DNA from: Thermodesulfovibrionales bacterium
GTDB taxonomy: Bacteria > Nitrospirota > Thermodesulfovibrionia > Thermodesulfovibrionales > UBA6898
Direction: 5' to 3'
DNA length: 50,559 nt
Assembly: GCA_020056455.1 (NCBI GenBank)
Contig: JAGVHR010000015.1
Span: 1-50,559 of the forward strand
Shown here: piece after piece, positions 25,296 to 34,127 of the stretch
How positions within the stretch are numbered: the first letter of the stretch is position 1
Layout of the letters: every line of letters starts with the position of its first letter
The notes under the pieces: generated by a model
Told to the model about the DNA's origin: nothing
Database searches by the model: none
What the model saw: only the letters and a program-made list of their open reading frames with translations
Program-made: the position numbers and the translations under genes

Positions 25296-26141
25296 CTACG
25301 TGCTGTCCCTGAACATCTCTTCAGCCTTCATCGAACTTCTGACCAGCGGGCCTGAAGCAACAAACCTGAAGCCCATGCTGAGGGCCTTCTCCCTCAGCTC
25401 ATCAAAGACACTTGGGAGAATATATTTTACCACAGGAAGATTTTTCCTGGTTGGCTGCAGATACTGTCCAACAGTAAGAATCTCGCACTGATTTTGCCTC
25501 ATGTCAGCGAGGAGTTCATACACCTCATCCACTGTTTCTCCGAGGCCCAGCATCAATCCTGACTTCACCGGTATCTCAGGCGCTATTTCCTTTGCCTGAC
25601 GGAAAACAGCAAGCGAACGCCGGTAATCAGCCCCTGGCCGGACAGCAGCATAGAGCCGACCGACAGTCTCCATGTTATGATTCAGCACATCAGGCCCTGC
25701 CTCAAGCACAGTCCTCAGGGCAACAGGGTCTCCTGCAAAATCAGGAATAAGCACCTCGACTTTTGCTTCAGGCAGTTTGCTTCGCACGGCGGCAATCGTT
25801 TTTGCAAACTGCCCCGAGCCGCCGTCCGGCAGATCATCACGGGTGACCGATGTGATAACAACAAACTTCAGGGCCATTTCAGCAGCAGCCAGCGCCACCT
25901 CTTCAGGCTCACAAGCATCAACAGGAGCCGGGAGCCCGGAATCCACGCAACAAAAGCCGCAGTTCCTCGTGCAGGCCGGCCCCAGGATCAGAAATGCGGC
26001 AGTCGGCTTTGAAAAACACGTTCCCCTGTTGGGGCAGCGCGCCTCCTCACAGACACTCAAACGCCTGTGCCTTCTGAGAAGATATTTTGTCTCATGCAGA
26101 GAAGCCCTGTGACGGTCCTTAAGCCATTCGGGAAGTCTCAT
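25296..26141 (-). CDS. lipA: Lipoyl synthase
   Basis: Auxiliary cluster CEEARCPNRGTC and radical SAM CTRNCGFC motifs. 281 aa. Confidence 0.9.
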   Translation of the reverse strand: MRLPEWLKDRHRASLHETKYLLRRHRRLSVCEEARCPNRGTCFSKPTAAFLILGPACTRNCGFCCVDSGLPAPVDACEPEEVALAAAEMALKFVVITSVTRDDLPDGGSGQFAKTIAAVRSKLPEAKVEVLIPDFAGDPVALRTVLEAGPDVLNHNMETVGRLYAAVRPGADYRRSLAVFRQAKEIAPEIPVKSGLMLGLGETVDEVYELLADMRQNQCEILTVGQYLQPTRKNLPVVKYILPSVFDELREKALSMGFRFVASGPLVRSSMKAEEMFRDST

Positions 26142-26152
26142 GCGTCAGCCTC

Positions 26153-29100
26153 CTACTCCTGCTTTTTCTTTGGAAACAGGGGGGATATTATGCTCACAGG
26201 AAGGTTAATTGTTCGTTTCATCATGCCGGCCAGATTTGAAGCAGCAGCTGAAGGAGAAAGGTAGGTTACGTGCGGGTCAACAGGCGTCCCGGTCACTTTC
26301 ACAGGCACTGATATCAACGAACCACTGATCACAGCTCCGATAACCGGGATATTCCGGACTATTCTGTTGACCTGCCTGAGCGGAGCCACCATGACATTCA
26401 GATCGAGCTGGTTATCTGTGAGGTCCAGTGAGCCCTGCGCAACGATCCCAAGATACGCGCTGTCAAGAATTGCTTCCTCAATCTCAAGAGAGCCTTTGCC
26501 GGCTGTGGCAGTGAATTTAAACAGTTCATAGGAGAGTTCGCTTTTATCAAGGTCCGGCATCTGCCCACTGAGTTCCTCGCCCTTGTTCAGAAAGTCAAAG
26601 ACGCTGTCCAGCGTCTTATAGCGGAATATGGTCCCTTTTTTTGCAGTAAACTCTATCTTCCCATTAATGACCTGCCTGAGATCCTCAGCCTTGCTCTGCC
26701 CCTTAATATGGCCCTTGAGTGTAAAAAGACCGGCAGCATCGCTCCGCGCTTTGGAAAGGCAGAGGACAGTCGGTTTCAATTCCTGATCTGTAGCCTCGAA
26801 CCGCAGATCCATGCCAATTTCCCGGCCGGCTTCAGCAGATGACAGACTCATGTTCCCTGTCATCTCAATACCACATAGCCGGGCTTTCCGAAACCTGAGG
26901 TCAGTCTTTCCGGCGCTCAATATCATATCAGCATTAAACGGCACGATCCGGAACCCCTCGTACTCAAGGATGTCTGAATTCAGTCTGACAAGGCCCTGAA
27001 TATCGAGCGGTTTTTTCTGTTTTCCTGAAGGCCCTTGCTTCTTCGCGCTATTGCCATCCGGCCTCCCAATGTCATCCCATACGATGTGGTCAGAAGTCGC
27101 ATCAATATCCACAACAAGGCTGCCTGCCTTAGAGGCAACATTTCCCTTCAGAAAGACAGCATTCCTGCCGAGCCTAAGTCGCGCAGAGCCAATGGAGATA
27201 TTCCCACGCTCAGCACTTAAATCCAATGAATCGATTAAAAGAGGCAGGTCCTTTTTCCACGGCAAAACGACCTTTTCGGCCCGCAGCCCGCCCTGGGCGA
27301 TAACGCCTGAAATACCCTCATCGCTGAACTCTGCGGTGATCTCACCCTGGACCATGCCGCCGCCTGTCTGAGAATAAGCAATGAGGTCACCCACGGTAGA
27401 TGTATCAAGCCGGCCCTTAAAGCTCAGCCGTTTAATTTTTTCCCGGAGATCGAAGCTCAACAATGCATCTGATACAGTATCAGACACGTGGAGCTTCCTG
27501 ATCATAAGGCCATCCAGGCCTTTGGACAGATCCAGAACAACAGACTGCCTGCCGGCGGTTTTAACGCTCCCCTGAAACGCTGTCTCTCCCCTTTCCAGCC
27601 ATATGAGGCGAGCGTCTGAAACAGCAATGGTCTGGTCGGTCCTTACATATTCAGGGACATCAAAGGCGTCTTTGATCCACTTTAGCGCCTTTGGGCCGAC
27701 TGTCCCTGAAACCCGGATATCCGCCTTTCTCACATTGTCAAGCGACATGTTCAGAGAGCCTGAAACAACTGTAGCAGCATCAAGAAAACCGGCCCGGGCG
27801 TCGGTAAAAACAAGCTGACCTGCCAGAGTTTCGAAGTTCCCGCTCCTGACGCTCAAAGGGCCGGGCAGCAGCGTCGTATTGATCAGCAGTTTTTCCGCAG
27901 AGCCTGATATCCTGAAATCCCAGCTCTGCCAATCAGATACCAGCCCCTGGAATGAAATCGAGGAAAGTTTGAGTCTGCCGCTGCGAGGTACTATCCTGCT
28001 GAGCGGGGCCTTCAGTTTATCGTATGAAGAGAGCCAGCGATGCATCTCCCCGGTATCAATTCCTGCCTTTCCCGACAATATGGCAAGACGGGCATTTGAC
28101 TCTGTCAGAAGCTGAGCATTCAGATCTGAGCACGAGGATTTCCCTGCAGCAACATCCACACTTTTTACTGCAACTCCATGTTCATCATATGAGAAACTTC
28201 CCTTCCTCACCTCAAGAAGGTAGGGAATTCTGTCATACTCAGAGGTAAAACTCATTGTTCTTATATCGATTACGGGTAATACCCTGGAGAGATTTTCCCC
28301 GAGAACAAGTCTGCCTTCAGCCCTGCCTTTTATAAACCGAATATGCCCCAGTTCATCCAGAAACTCCCTGTTTTTTACCACTTTTTTCAGGACACCAGGC
28401 ACATCGTTGAGGTCGGCAGATACTGAGGCTTCAAGATGAAACAGCGCATCAGCTCCCTTCAGACCTATGCTCAACAACCCATCCTTTACCAGGGAATGCG
28501 CAATGCGTCCGAAAATATCAGAACCCCGCAGAATACCGTTTGCAACATCGCACTGTCCTTTTACGTCCCTGAAATTAAGTCTGGGGCCGGGGACAAAGAC
28601 TTCACCCTTTTGCAAACTTCCCCTTATTTTAATATTGGCTGTTCCACCCAGATCCTCAAGAGAATTGCCTTTGCTCTGAAATACGATCTGCTCAATATTA
28701 CCGCGTCTGAGTATTGTAAATATGCTCTGCACAACCGGGACATCACCTGCCAGGGCAAGGGCCGCGCTCCTTAGTCCGGATATCTCCAAATTCCTTCCCT
28801 GCGCCTCAAGGCTGATCATATTGGCAGAGGGGTTGACCCTGAATACAGCGGAAAGGGACAAGCCGGGATCTCTGCTGCTCAGCCTGAATATAGTAAGGGC
28901 AAGACCGTCTTTAGCGCTTGCCAGTTCGAGACCCAGCTTGATCTCCTTTATAGACACAGGAGTGACCCCGCGCTTCTCAAAGGTCACGCTTCCGTTGTCA
29001 ACACTGAGTCTGATAGCGCGGGAACCAAGGGTAAAGGAACGCAGCAAAGCGGCTATTTCCTCAAGAGACTTTGTCCGGTCATCGATTTTAGCCGGAACAT

Positions 29101-29461
29101 GTATGGTAAGGGACGGTCCATCGATCCTTACCCTGGCAAGCTTGACCTCTCCGTGCAAAAGAGGTCTGAGCTCAGGGTAAACCGTGAGTGTCCTGATAGA
29201 GCCGCTTACTTTTTCGGGGATGGACAGGCCTGCATTACGAATGACGACTCGAGGAACAGGAAACAGAGATACGTCAGCGTCCTGCAAGGTGACAGTACCG
29301 GAGATCTTCTGCGACAGGAGATAAACGATCTTTTCTCTGACCACATGCCGGTCAATCAGCCGGGGCAGAATAAACAACACAACTGCCACGCAAAGGACAA
29401 GGACTACCCCTGCTCCTTTGCACAATCGCCTCATTATTTTCTTATGCGTGATGATTGCCAT
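26153..29461 (-). CDS. AsmA-family / TamB-like large envelope protein (1102 aa)
   Basis: Single N-terminal TM anchor. Long beta-rich repetitive body. AsmA-like C-terminal region (VMVAPLRQVNRIVRNIPVIG...PVKVTGT). Confidence 0.65.
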   Translation of the reverse strand: MAIITHKKIMRRLCKGAGVVLVLCVAVVLFILPRLIDRHVVREKIVYLLSQKISGTVTLQDADVSLFPVPRVVIRNAGLSIPEKVSGSIRTLTVYPELRPLLHGEVKLARVRIDGPSLTIHVPAKIDDRTKSLEEIAALLRSFTLGSRAIRLSVDNGSVTFEKRGVTPVSIKEIKLGLELASAKDGLALTIFRLSSRDPGLSLSAVFRVNPSANMISLEAQGRNLEISGLRSAALALAGDVPVVQSIFTILRRGNIEQIVFQSKGNSLEDLGGTANIKIRGSLQKGEVFVPGPRLNFRDVKGQCDVANGILRGSDIFGRIAHSLVKDGLLSIGLKGADALFHLEASVSADLNDVPGVLKKVVKNREFLDELGHIRFIKGRAEGRLVLGENLSRVLPVIDIRTMSFTSEYDRIPYLLEVRKGSFSYDEHGVAVKSVDVAAGKSSCSDLNAQLLTESNARLAILSGKAGIDTGEMHRWLSSYDKLKAPLSRIVPRSGRLKLSSISFQGLVSDWQSWDFRISGSAEKLLINTTLLPGPLSVRSGNFETLAGQLVFTDARAGFLDAATVVSGSLNMSLDNVRKADIRVSGTVGPKALKWIKDAFDVPEYVRTDQTIAVSDARLIWLERGETAFQGSVKTAGRQSVVLDLSKGLDGLMIRKLHVSDTVSDALLSFDLREKIKRLSFKGRLDTSTVGDLIAYSQTGGGMVQGEITAEFSDEGISGVIAQGGLRAEKVVLPWKKDLPLLIDSLDLSAERGNISIGSARLRLGRNAVFLKGNVASKAGSLVVDIDATSDHIVWDDIGRPDGNSAKKQGPSGKQKKPLDIQGLVRLNSDILEYEGFRIVPFNADMILSAGKTDLRFRKARLCGIEMTGNMSLSSAEAGREIGMDLRFEATDQELKPTVLCLSKARSDAAGLFTLKGHIKGQSKAEDLRQVINGKIEFTAKKGTIFRYKTLDSVFDFLNKGEELSGQMPDLDKSELSYELFKFTATAGKGSLEIEEAILDSAYLGIVAQGSLDLTDNQLDLNVMVAPLRQVNRIVRNIPVIGAVISGSLISVPVKVTGTPVDPHVTYLSPSAAASNLAGMMKRTINLPVSIISPLFPKKKQE

Positions 29462-29571
29462 TGGCTGATCTTATTCCGGCGTCACCCTACCCTATTGTTG
29501 CATTAGCCGTACAAAAGACCCATGGACAGACTCTATTTAAGAAATGTCGTCTCCGAATGAAACAATAAAGT

Positions 29572-29940
29572 CTACTTTGAAGGCGCTGCAGGCGCAGGCT
29601 GTGATGACTGGGAAGGCGGCGAGGGCTGGGCACCCTGAACAGGCCCTGTAACACCCTGAGGCATTGTACTTTTCTGCTGCTGGGTTGCGGGTACATTATT
29701 GACAACAGACTTGCTTTTATTGGTTACAACCGCAAGCAGAAAGGATGTCAGCATAAAGACCACAGCTGCAACAGTCGTAAGCTTGCTGAAAAAAGTTGCT
29801 GCTCCGCGAGCGCCAAACAGAGTCTGACTCGATCCTCCAAAGGCTGCGCCCATTTCTGCGCCTTTCCCTCCCTGTATGAGCACAATGCTTATAAGAAAAA
29901 AACAGACTATAAGATGAACGATCAGAATAACTGTTGCCAT
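29572..29940 (-). CDS. secG: Preprotein translocase subunit SecG (with a Q/P-rich C-terminal tail)
   Basis: IVLIQGGKGAEMGAAFGG...LFGARG signature. Two TM helices. Located directly after tpiA, as in many bacteria. Confidence 0.85.
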   Translation of the reverse strand: MATVILIVHLIVCFFLISIVLIQGGKGAEMGAAFGGSSQTLFGARGAATFFSKLTTVAAVVFMLTSFLLAVVTNKSKSVVNNVPATQQQKSTMPQGVTGPVQGAQPSPPSQSSQPAPAAPSK

Positions 29941-30695
29941 TACGTCTCCTTTATTGCTTTTTTAAAACAAACTATCTTTGAAAAACTCTCAGGATTAAGG
30001 CTTGCGCCGCCCACGAGGCCGCCGTTTACGTCCCTGCATGCCATCAGCCTGTCTATGCTTTCCGGAGTCACGCTTCCTCCGTAGAGAATGCGAATACTGT
30101 CAGCGCTGTTGCCATAAAGCTTTCTCAGGGTCTCCCTGATAAACGCATGCACTTCCTGTGCCTGCTCAGGCGTTGCAGTTTTCCCTGTTCCGATGGCCCA
30201 CACAGGCTCATAAGCAACAACAAGATTCCCAGCTCCAATGCCCTCAAGCCCAAACTCAATTTCCCGCCTGATAACATCAAAGGTCCTGTTCGCCTCCCGC
30301 TCCCCGAGGGTCTCGCCTACGCAGAAGATCAAACCAAGACCCGCCTTTCCGGCTGCCTTCAGCTTTTTGTTTATTACAGCGTCATCCTCAAGAAAATACT
30401 GTCTTCTTTCAGAGTGACCGATAATGACGTGCCTGCATCCGGCCTCAAGAAGCATCGCAGAAGATATCTCTCCGGTGAAGGCGCCCTTCTCCTCCCAGAA
30501 CATGTCCTGTGCCGCAAGCTGCACATTAGTATCTCTTATGAGTTCGCCTGCTGAGGCCAGAGCTGTAAAGGGTGGCGCAACAACGATATCAACATCAACT
30601 GCATCCCTGACAGCAGGAATAAAAGCGGACAGGAACTCCCTTGTCTCAGTAACAGTTTTATTCATTTTCCAGTTGGCTGCGATAAATGATTTCAT
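29940..30695 (-). CDS. tpiA: Triosephosphate isomerase
   Basis: ANWKMN, IIGHSERR, AYEPVWAIGTG and GGASL motifs. Confidence 0.95.
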   Translation of the reverse strand: MKSFIAANWKMNKTVTETREFLSAFIPAVRDAVDVDIVVAPPFTALASAGELIRDTNVQLAAQDMFWEEKGAFTGEISSAMLLEAGCRHVIIGHSERRQYFLEDDAVINKKLKAAGKAGLGLIFCVGETLGEREANRTFDVIRREIEFGLEGIGAGNLVVAYEPVWAIGTGKTATPEQAQEVHAFIRETLRKLYGNSADSIRILYGGSVTPESIDRLMACRDVNGGLVGGASLNPESFSKIVCFKKAIKET

Positions 30696-30778
30696 AGGCA
30701 GTTATTTTAATGACAGGCAGGTCTCCGCGTCAAGTCTTGAATAATATGAGAATAATTTAATTGGCATCCTCACGCGCC

Positions 30779-31786
30779 ATGCTTCATAATATCAGGGTGA
30801 ATCCAGGCATATCGGTAATCATTCCAAACTATAACGGAAGTGCGACAATCGGCACATGCCTGAGTTCCTTATTTTCTTCCAATTACCCGAATTTTGAGGT
30901 CATTGTTGTCGATGACTTCTCAACCGATGGGTCCATTGAAGTCATCAGACAGTTCCCTTGCAGACTCATCTGCCTCCAACAGCACAGAGGGGCCTCGATA
31001 GCCAGGAATACAGGGGCCGGAGATAGTTCAGAAGAGGTCCTTTTCTTCATTGACGCAGATTGTGTTGTTTCAGTCGATACACTCGGCCTTGCGGCAAAAG
31101 CATGGGCTGATAATAAAAACAGCGTTATCGGAGGCAGCTATGCCCGGACTGCTTATGACAACAGCTTCTACTCGAATTTCCAGGCCGTTCTGATCAACTA
31201 CTCTGAGCTGAAATACAGGGAGCCTGATTACGTGGCAAGCCACGCGATGGTCATGAGCAAAGAAGTGTTCGAAAAAAACATGGGGTTTCCCGAGGAATTC
31301 ATGCCTGTCATGGAGGATGTTGAGTTCAGCCACAGGCTCCGGCGGTCAGGAACAAGCCTGATTATGGACAGCAGCATTATCGTTCGCCATATTTTCAACT
31401 ATTCTTTCAGAGAATCCTTTAGAAACGCCTTTAAGAAAGCGAAGTACTGGACAGCGTATTCTCTGAATAATAAAGACCTCACAAAGGATTCCGGGGCCGC
31501 ATCAGTTGAGCTGAAATTCAGTGTGCTGTCGGCCTGTCTGACTTATATCTTTTTCCTCTGTTTCCTTATTTCCTTTAATGCCTTCTTTCCGGCCTGTATG
31601 ATAACGGTCTTCATGTTCAATCTATGGCTCAGCAGAGGACTTATCAAGGCCTTTTTCAGCCCGATTAACCGGTCCTTCGGCATAAAGGCAACCCTCTACT
31701 TTTTCCTGGCATATCCCCTGCCGGTTGCAGCAGGCGGCGCAGCAGGCATGCTGTATTGCCTCCAGAGCAGGACCGGAAGAAGATGA
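30779..31786 (+). CDS. Family 2 glycosyltransferase with C-terminal transmembrane helices
   Basis: VIIPNYNG...EVIVVDDFSTDGS and FIDADC (DXD) motifs. At least two hydrophobic helices after aa 240. ATG at 30779 chosen; the ORF is open from the TTG at 30761. Confidence 0.8.
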   Translation: MLHNIRVNPGISVIIPNYNGSATIGTCLSSLFSSNYPNFEVIVVDDFSTDGSIEVIRQFPCRLICLQQHRGASIARNTGAGDSSEEVLFFIDADCVVSVDTLGLAAKAWADNKNSVIGGSYARTAYDNSFYSNFQAVLINYSELKYREPDYVASHAMVMSKEVFEKNMGFPEEFMPVMEDVEFSHRLRRSGTSLIMDSSIIVRHIFNYSFRESFRNAFKKAKYWTAYSLNNKDLTKDSGAASVELKFSVLSACLTYIFFLCFLISFNAFFPACMITVFMFNLWLSRGLIKAFFSPINRSFGIKATLYFFLAYPLPVAAGGAAGMLYCLQSRTGRR

Positions 31787-32868
31787 TGTACTGTCCGTTC
31801 CGGCATGCAGGTTCTGTCTTCAGCAGGAGACGGCCGGTCCACCTCACCTTCTTCATCACGCGGAGGTGCAATGCGCAATGCCCTTTCTGTTTCTATCTGA
31901 AGGCTGGGACACCGGAAAACACGGACAGCGAACTTACGACTGATGAGATCAGAAAAATATCACCCGCTCTCGGCAGTCTGCTCTGGCTGGCATTTTCAGG
32001 CGGCGAGATTTTCCTGAGACAGGACCTTCCGGAGATCAGCTCGATCTTTTATAAAAATAACCGGCCTGCTATAATGCTCTTTCCCTCAAATGGCCTGCTG
32101 CCTGGGCGCATCAGGGATATGACCGAGCAAATACTCAGAGACAGCCCAAAGAGCGTCATCGCAGTCAAACTCTCACTTGACGGCCTGCATGAAGAGCATG
32201 ACAAAATGCGCAACACGCCAGGGAGTTTTTCCAAAACCCTGGAGACCTATAACCTGCTTAAGGGTTTGTCTGGCAGCTATCCCAATTTCGAGCTTGGGAT
32301 TAACACGGTCTTCTGCTCTGAAAATCAGGATAAGATGGACGGGATTATCGATTTTGTCAACAAGCTGGACAACATCAGGACACACAGTATATCCCTGATC
32401 AGAGGCAACCTCATTGACAAGTCTTTTACTCAGGTGGATCCGCTAAAATACGATCATGCCGCCAAACGGCTTGCAGAAGGACTAAAAGGAAAGGAGTCTT
32501 CGCACACCTACCGCTTCAGAGGCGCACGAATCAAGGCAGCACAGGACATTCTTCAGCGGAAGTTCATCTTAAAAACCCTGAATGAACAAAAGCGGCTGGT
32601 TCCCTGTTACGCAGGCAGACTGAATATTGTGCTTTCGGAGGACGGAGAAATCTATCCCTGCGAGATACTGACAGAGAGCTTCGGCAATGTGCGGGACAAC
32701 GGCTACAGCATACCAGGACTCCTGAAGTCAGACAGGGCAAAGGCGATCATGCAAACTATTGAAAACCGCCTTTGCTACTGTACGCATGAGTGTTATTTCA
32801 TGACCAACATCCTCTTTAACCCCAGACTCTATCCTGCCCTGGCCCGCGAGTATATCAGGATCAGATAG
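31783..32868 (+). CDS. Radical SAM enzyme with an atypical SPASM/twitch-like C-terminal Cys motif
   Basis: CNAQCPFC (CX3CX2C) at the N-terminus. GGE motif (FSGGEIFL). C-terminal C-X17-C containing G-X4-C (DGEIYPC), followed by CYCTHEC. Its ATG overlaps the GT2 stop (ATGA). Confidence 0.8.
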   Translation: MMYCPFRHAGSVFSRRRPVHLTFFITRRCNAQCPFCFYLKAGTPENTDSELTTDEIRKISPALGSLLWLAFSGGEIFLRQDLPEISSIFYKNNRPAIMLFPSNGLLPGRIRDMTEQILRDSPKSVIAVKLSLDGLHEEHDKMRNTPGSFSKTLETYNLLKGLSGSYPNFELGINTVFCSENQDKMDGIIDFVNKLDNIRTHSISLIRGNLIDKSFTQVDPLKYDHAAKRLAEGLKGKESSHTYRFRGARIKAAQDILQRKFILKTLNEQKRLVPCYAGRLNIVLSEDGEIYPCEILTESFGNVRDNGYSIPGLLKSDRAKAIMQTIENRLCYCTHECYFMTNILFNPRLYPALAREYIRIR

Positions 32869-34035
32869 ATGATCAAAGATGCAGTCATTATCGGCGCCGG
32901 CGCCTCAGGCCTCATGTGCGCGATTGAGGCAGGCAGACGCGGAAGATCAGTTGTTGTTATTGACCACGCGCCGCGCGTCGGCAGCAAGATTCGCGTATCC
33001 GGCGGGGGCAGATGCAACTTTACAAATCTCAATATCTCCGCTGATCATTATTTGTCACAAAACCGCCATTTCTGCAAGTCCGCCCTTTCGCGGTATTCAT
33101 CCGAGGATTTCATCAGACTACTCAAAAAGCACAGGCTGTCGTTCCATGAAAAGCAAGGTGGGCAGCTCTTCTGCGAAGTCTCTGCGTCAGCGATCATAAG
33201 GATGCTCGAAACTGAGTGCAGGCAGGCAGGAGTGGAATTTCAACTGAACCGCAGGATAAAGCGCGTCACAAATGAAAAAATCTTCACTGTTGAAACAGAA
33301 GGCGGACCAACTGCCGCAGCTTCACTGGTTATCGCAACAGGAGGGCTGTCCTATCCGGGGCTCGGAGCCTCTGACTTCGGCCTCAGAACTGCAGAACGTT
33401 TCGGCATAAAAGTTATACCTCCCAGGCCGGGGCTGGTACCCCTCACATTTGAAGGCAGGGACCTGAGACTGTTCAAAGCCCTGAGCGGCGTTTCCATAAA
33501 TGCAGAGGTAAGCTGCGGCACAGCCTCCTTCAGAGGCGCAGTCCTGTTCACGCACCGTGGCATGAGCGGGCCTGCAATCCTGCAGATATCTTCTCACTGG
33601 CTCCCCGGCTCCATTCTGACAATAAACCTGCTCCCTGAGCTTGATGCTCATGCGCTTCTGCTTTCCAGCAGGCAGAGCAGACAGGAAGTCCGGAACTTCC
33701 TGTCGCAATATCTGCCTGCCCGTTTCAGCCAAAAGTGGTGCGAACAATATGCTAAAACCGGGCCTCTCTGCCGCCTGACTGAAAAAGAGCTGAAAGAGAT
33801 GGCGGAAAGCCTTTCAGCCTGGCAAGTCAGACCGGCAGGCACAGAGGGATATGGCTCAGCAGAGGTCACAGTCGGCGGAATTGATACAAATGAGGTTTCT
33901 TCCAGATCCATGGAAGCAAAAAAGGTATCAGGCCTCTTTTTTATCGGCGAGGCGCTCGATGTAACAGGTCATTTGGGAGGGTATAACCTTCACTGGGCAT
34001 GGGCATCGGGCCACGCCGCAGGGCAGGTTGTCTGA
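32869..34035 (+). CDS. FAD-dependent oxidoreductase of the HI0933 / BaiN-like family
   Basis: VIIGAGASGLMCA dinucleotide fold. SGGGRCNFTN motif. C-terminal GEALDVTGHLGGYNL. Starts on the nucleotide immediately after the radical SAM stop codon. Confidence 0.8.
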   Translation: MIKDAVIIGAGASGLMCAIEAGRRGRSVVVIDHAPRVGSKIRVSGGGRCNFTNLNISADHYLSQNRHFCKSALSRYSSEDFIRLLKKHRLSFHEKQGGQLFCEVSASAIIRMLETECRQAGVEFQLNRRIKRVTNEKIFTVETEGGPTAAASLVIATGGLSYPGLGASDFGLRTAERFGIKVIPPRPGLVPLTFEGRDLRLFKALSGVSINAEVSCGTASFRGAVLFTHRGMSGPAILQISSHWLPGSILTINLLPELDAHALLLSSRQSRQEVRNFLSQYLPARFSQKWCEQYAKTGPLCRLTEKELKEMAESLSAWQVRPAGTEGYGSAEVTVGGIDTNEVSSRSMEAKKVSGLFFIGEALDVTGHLGGYNLHWAWASGHAAGQVV

Positions 34036-34127
34036 CAAAAGTCACAATCAATGGGAATGGGCGGAATATTATCATATGCAACAGTCAATGAGAAGAAAAA
34101 ACACCATTATCAGGACTTTTGGCGCAC

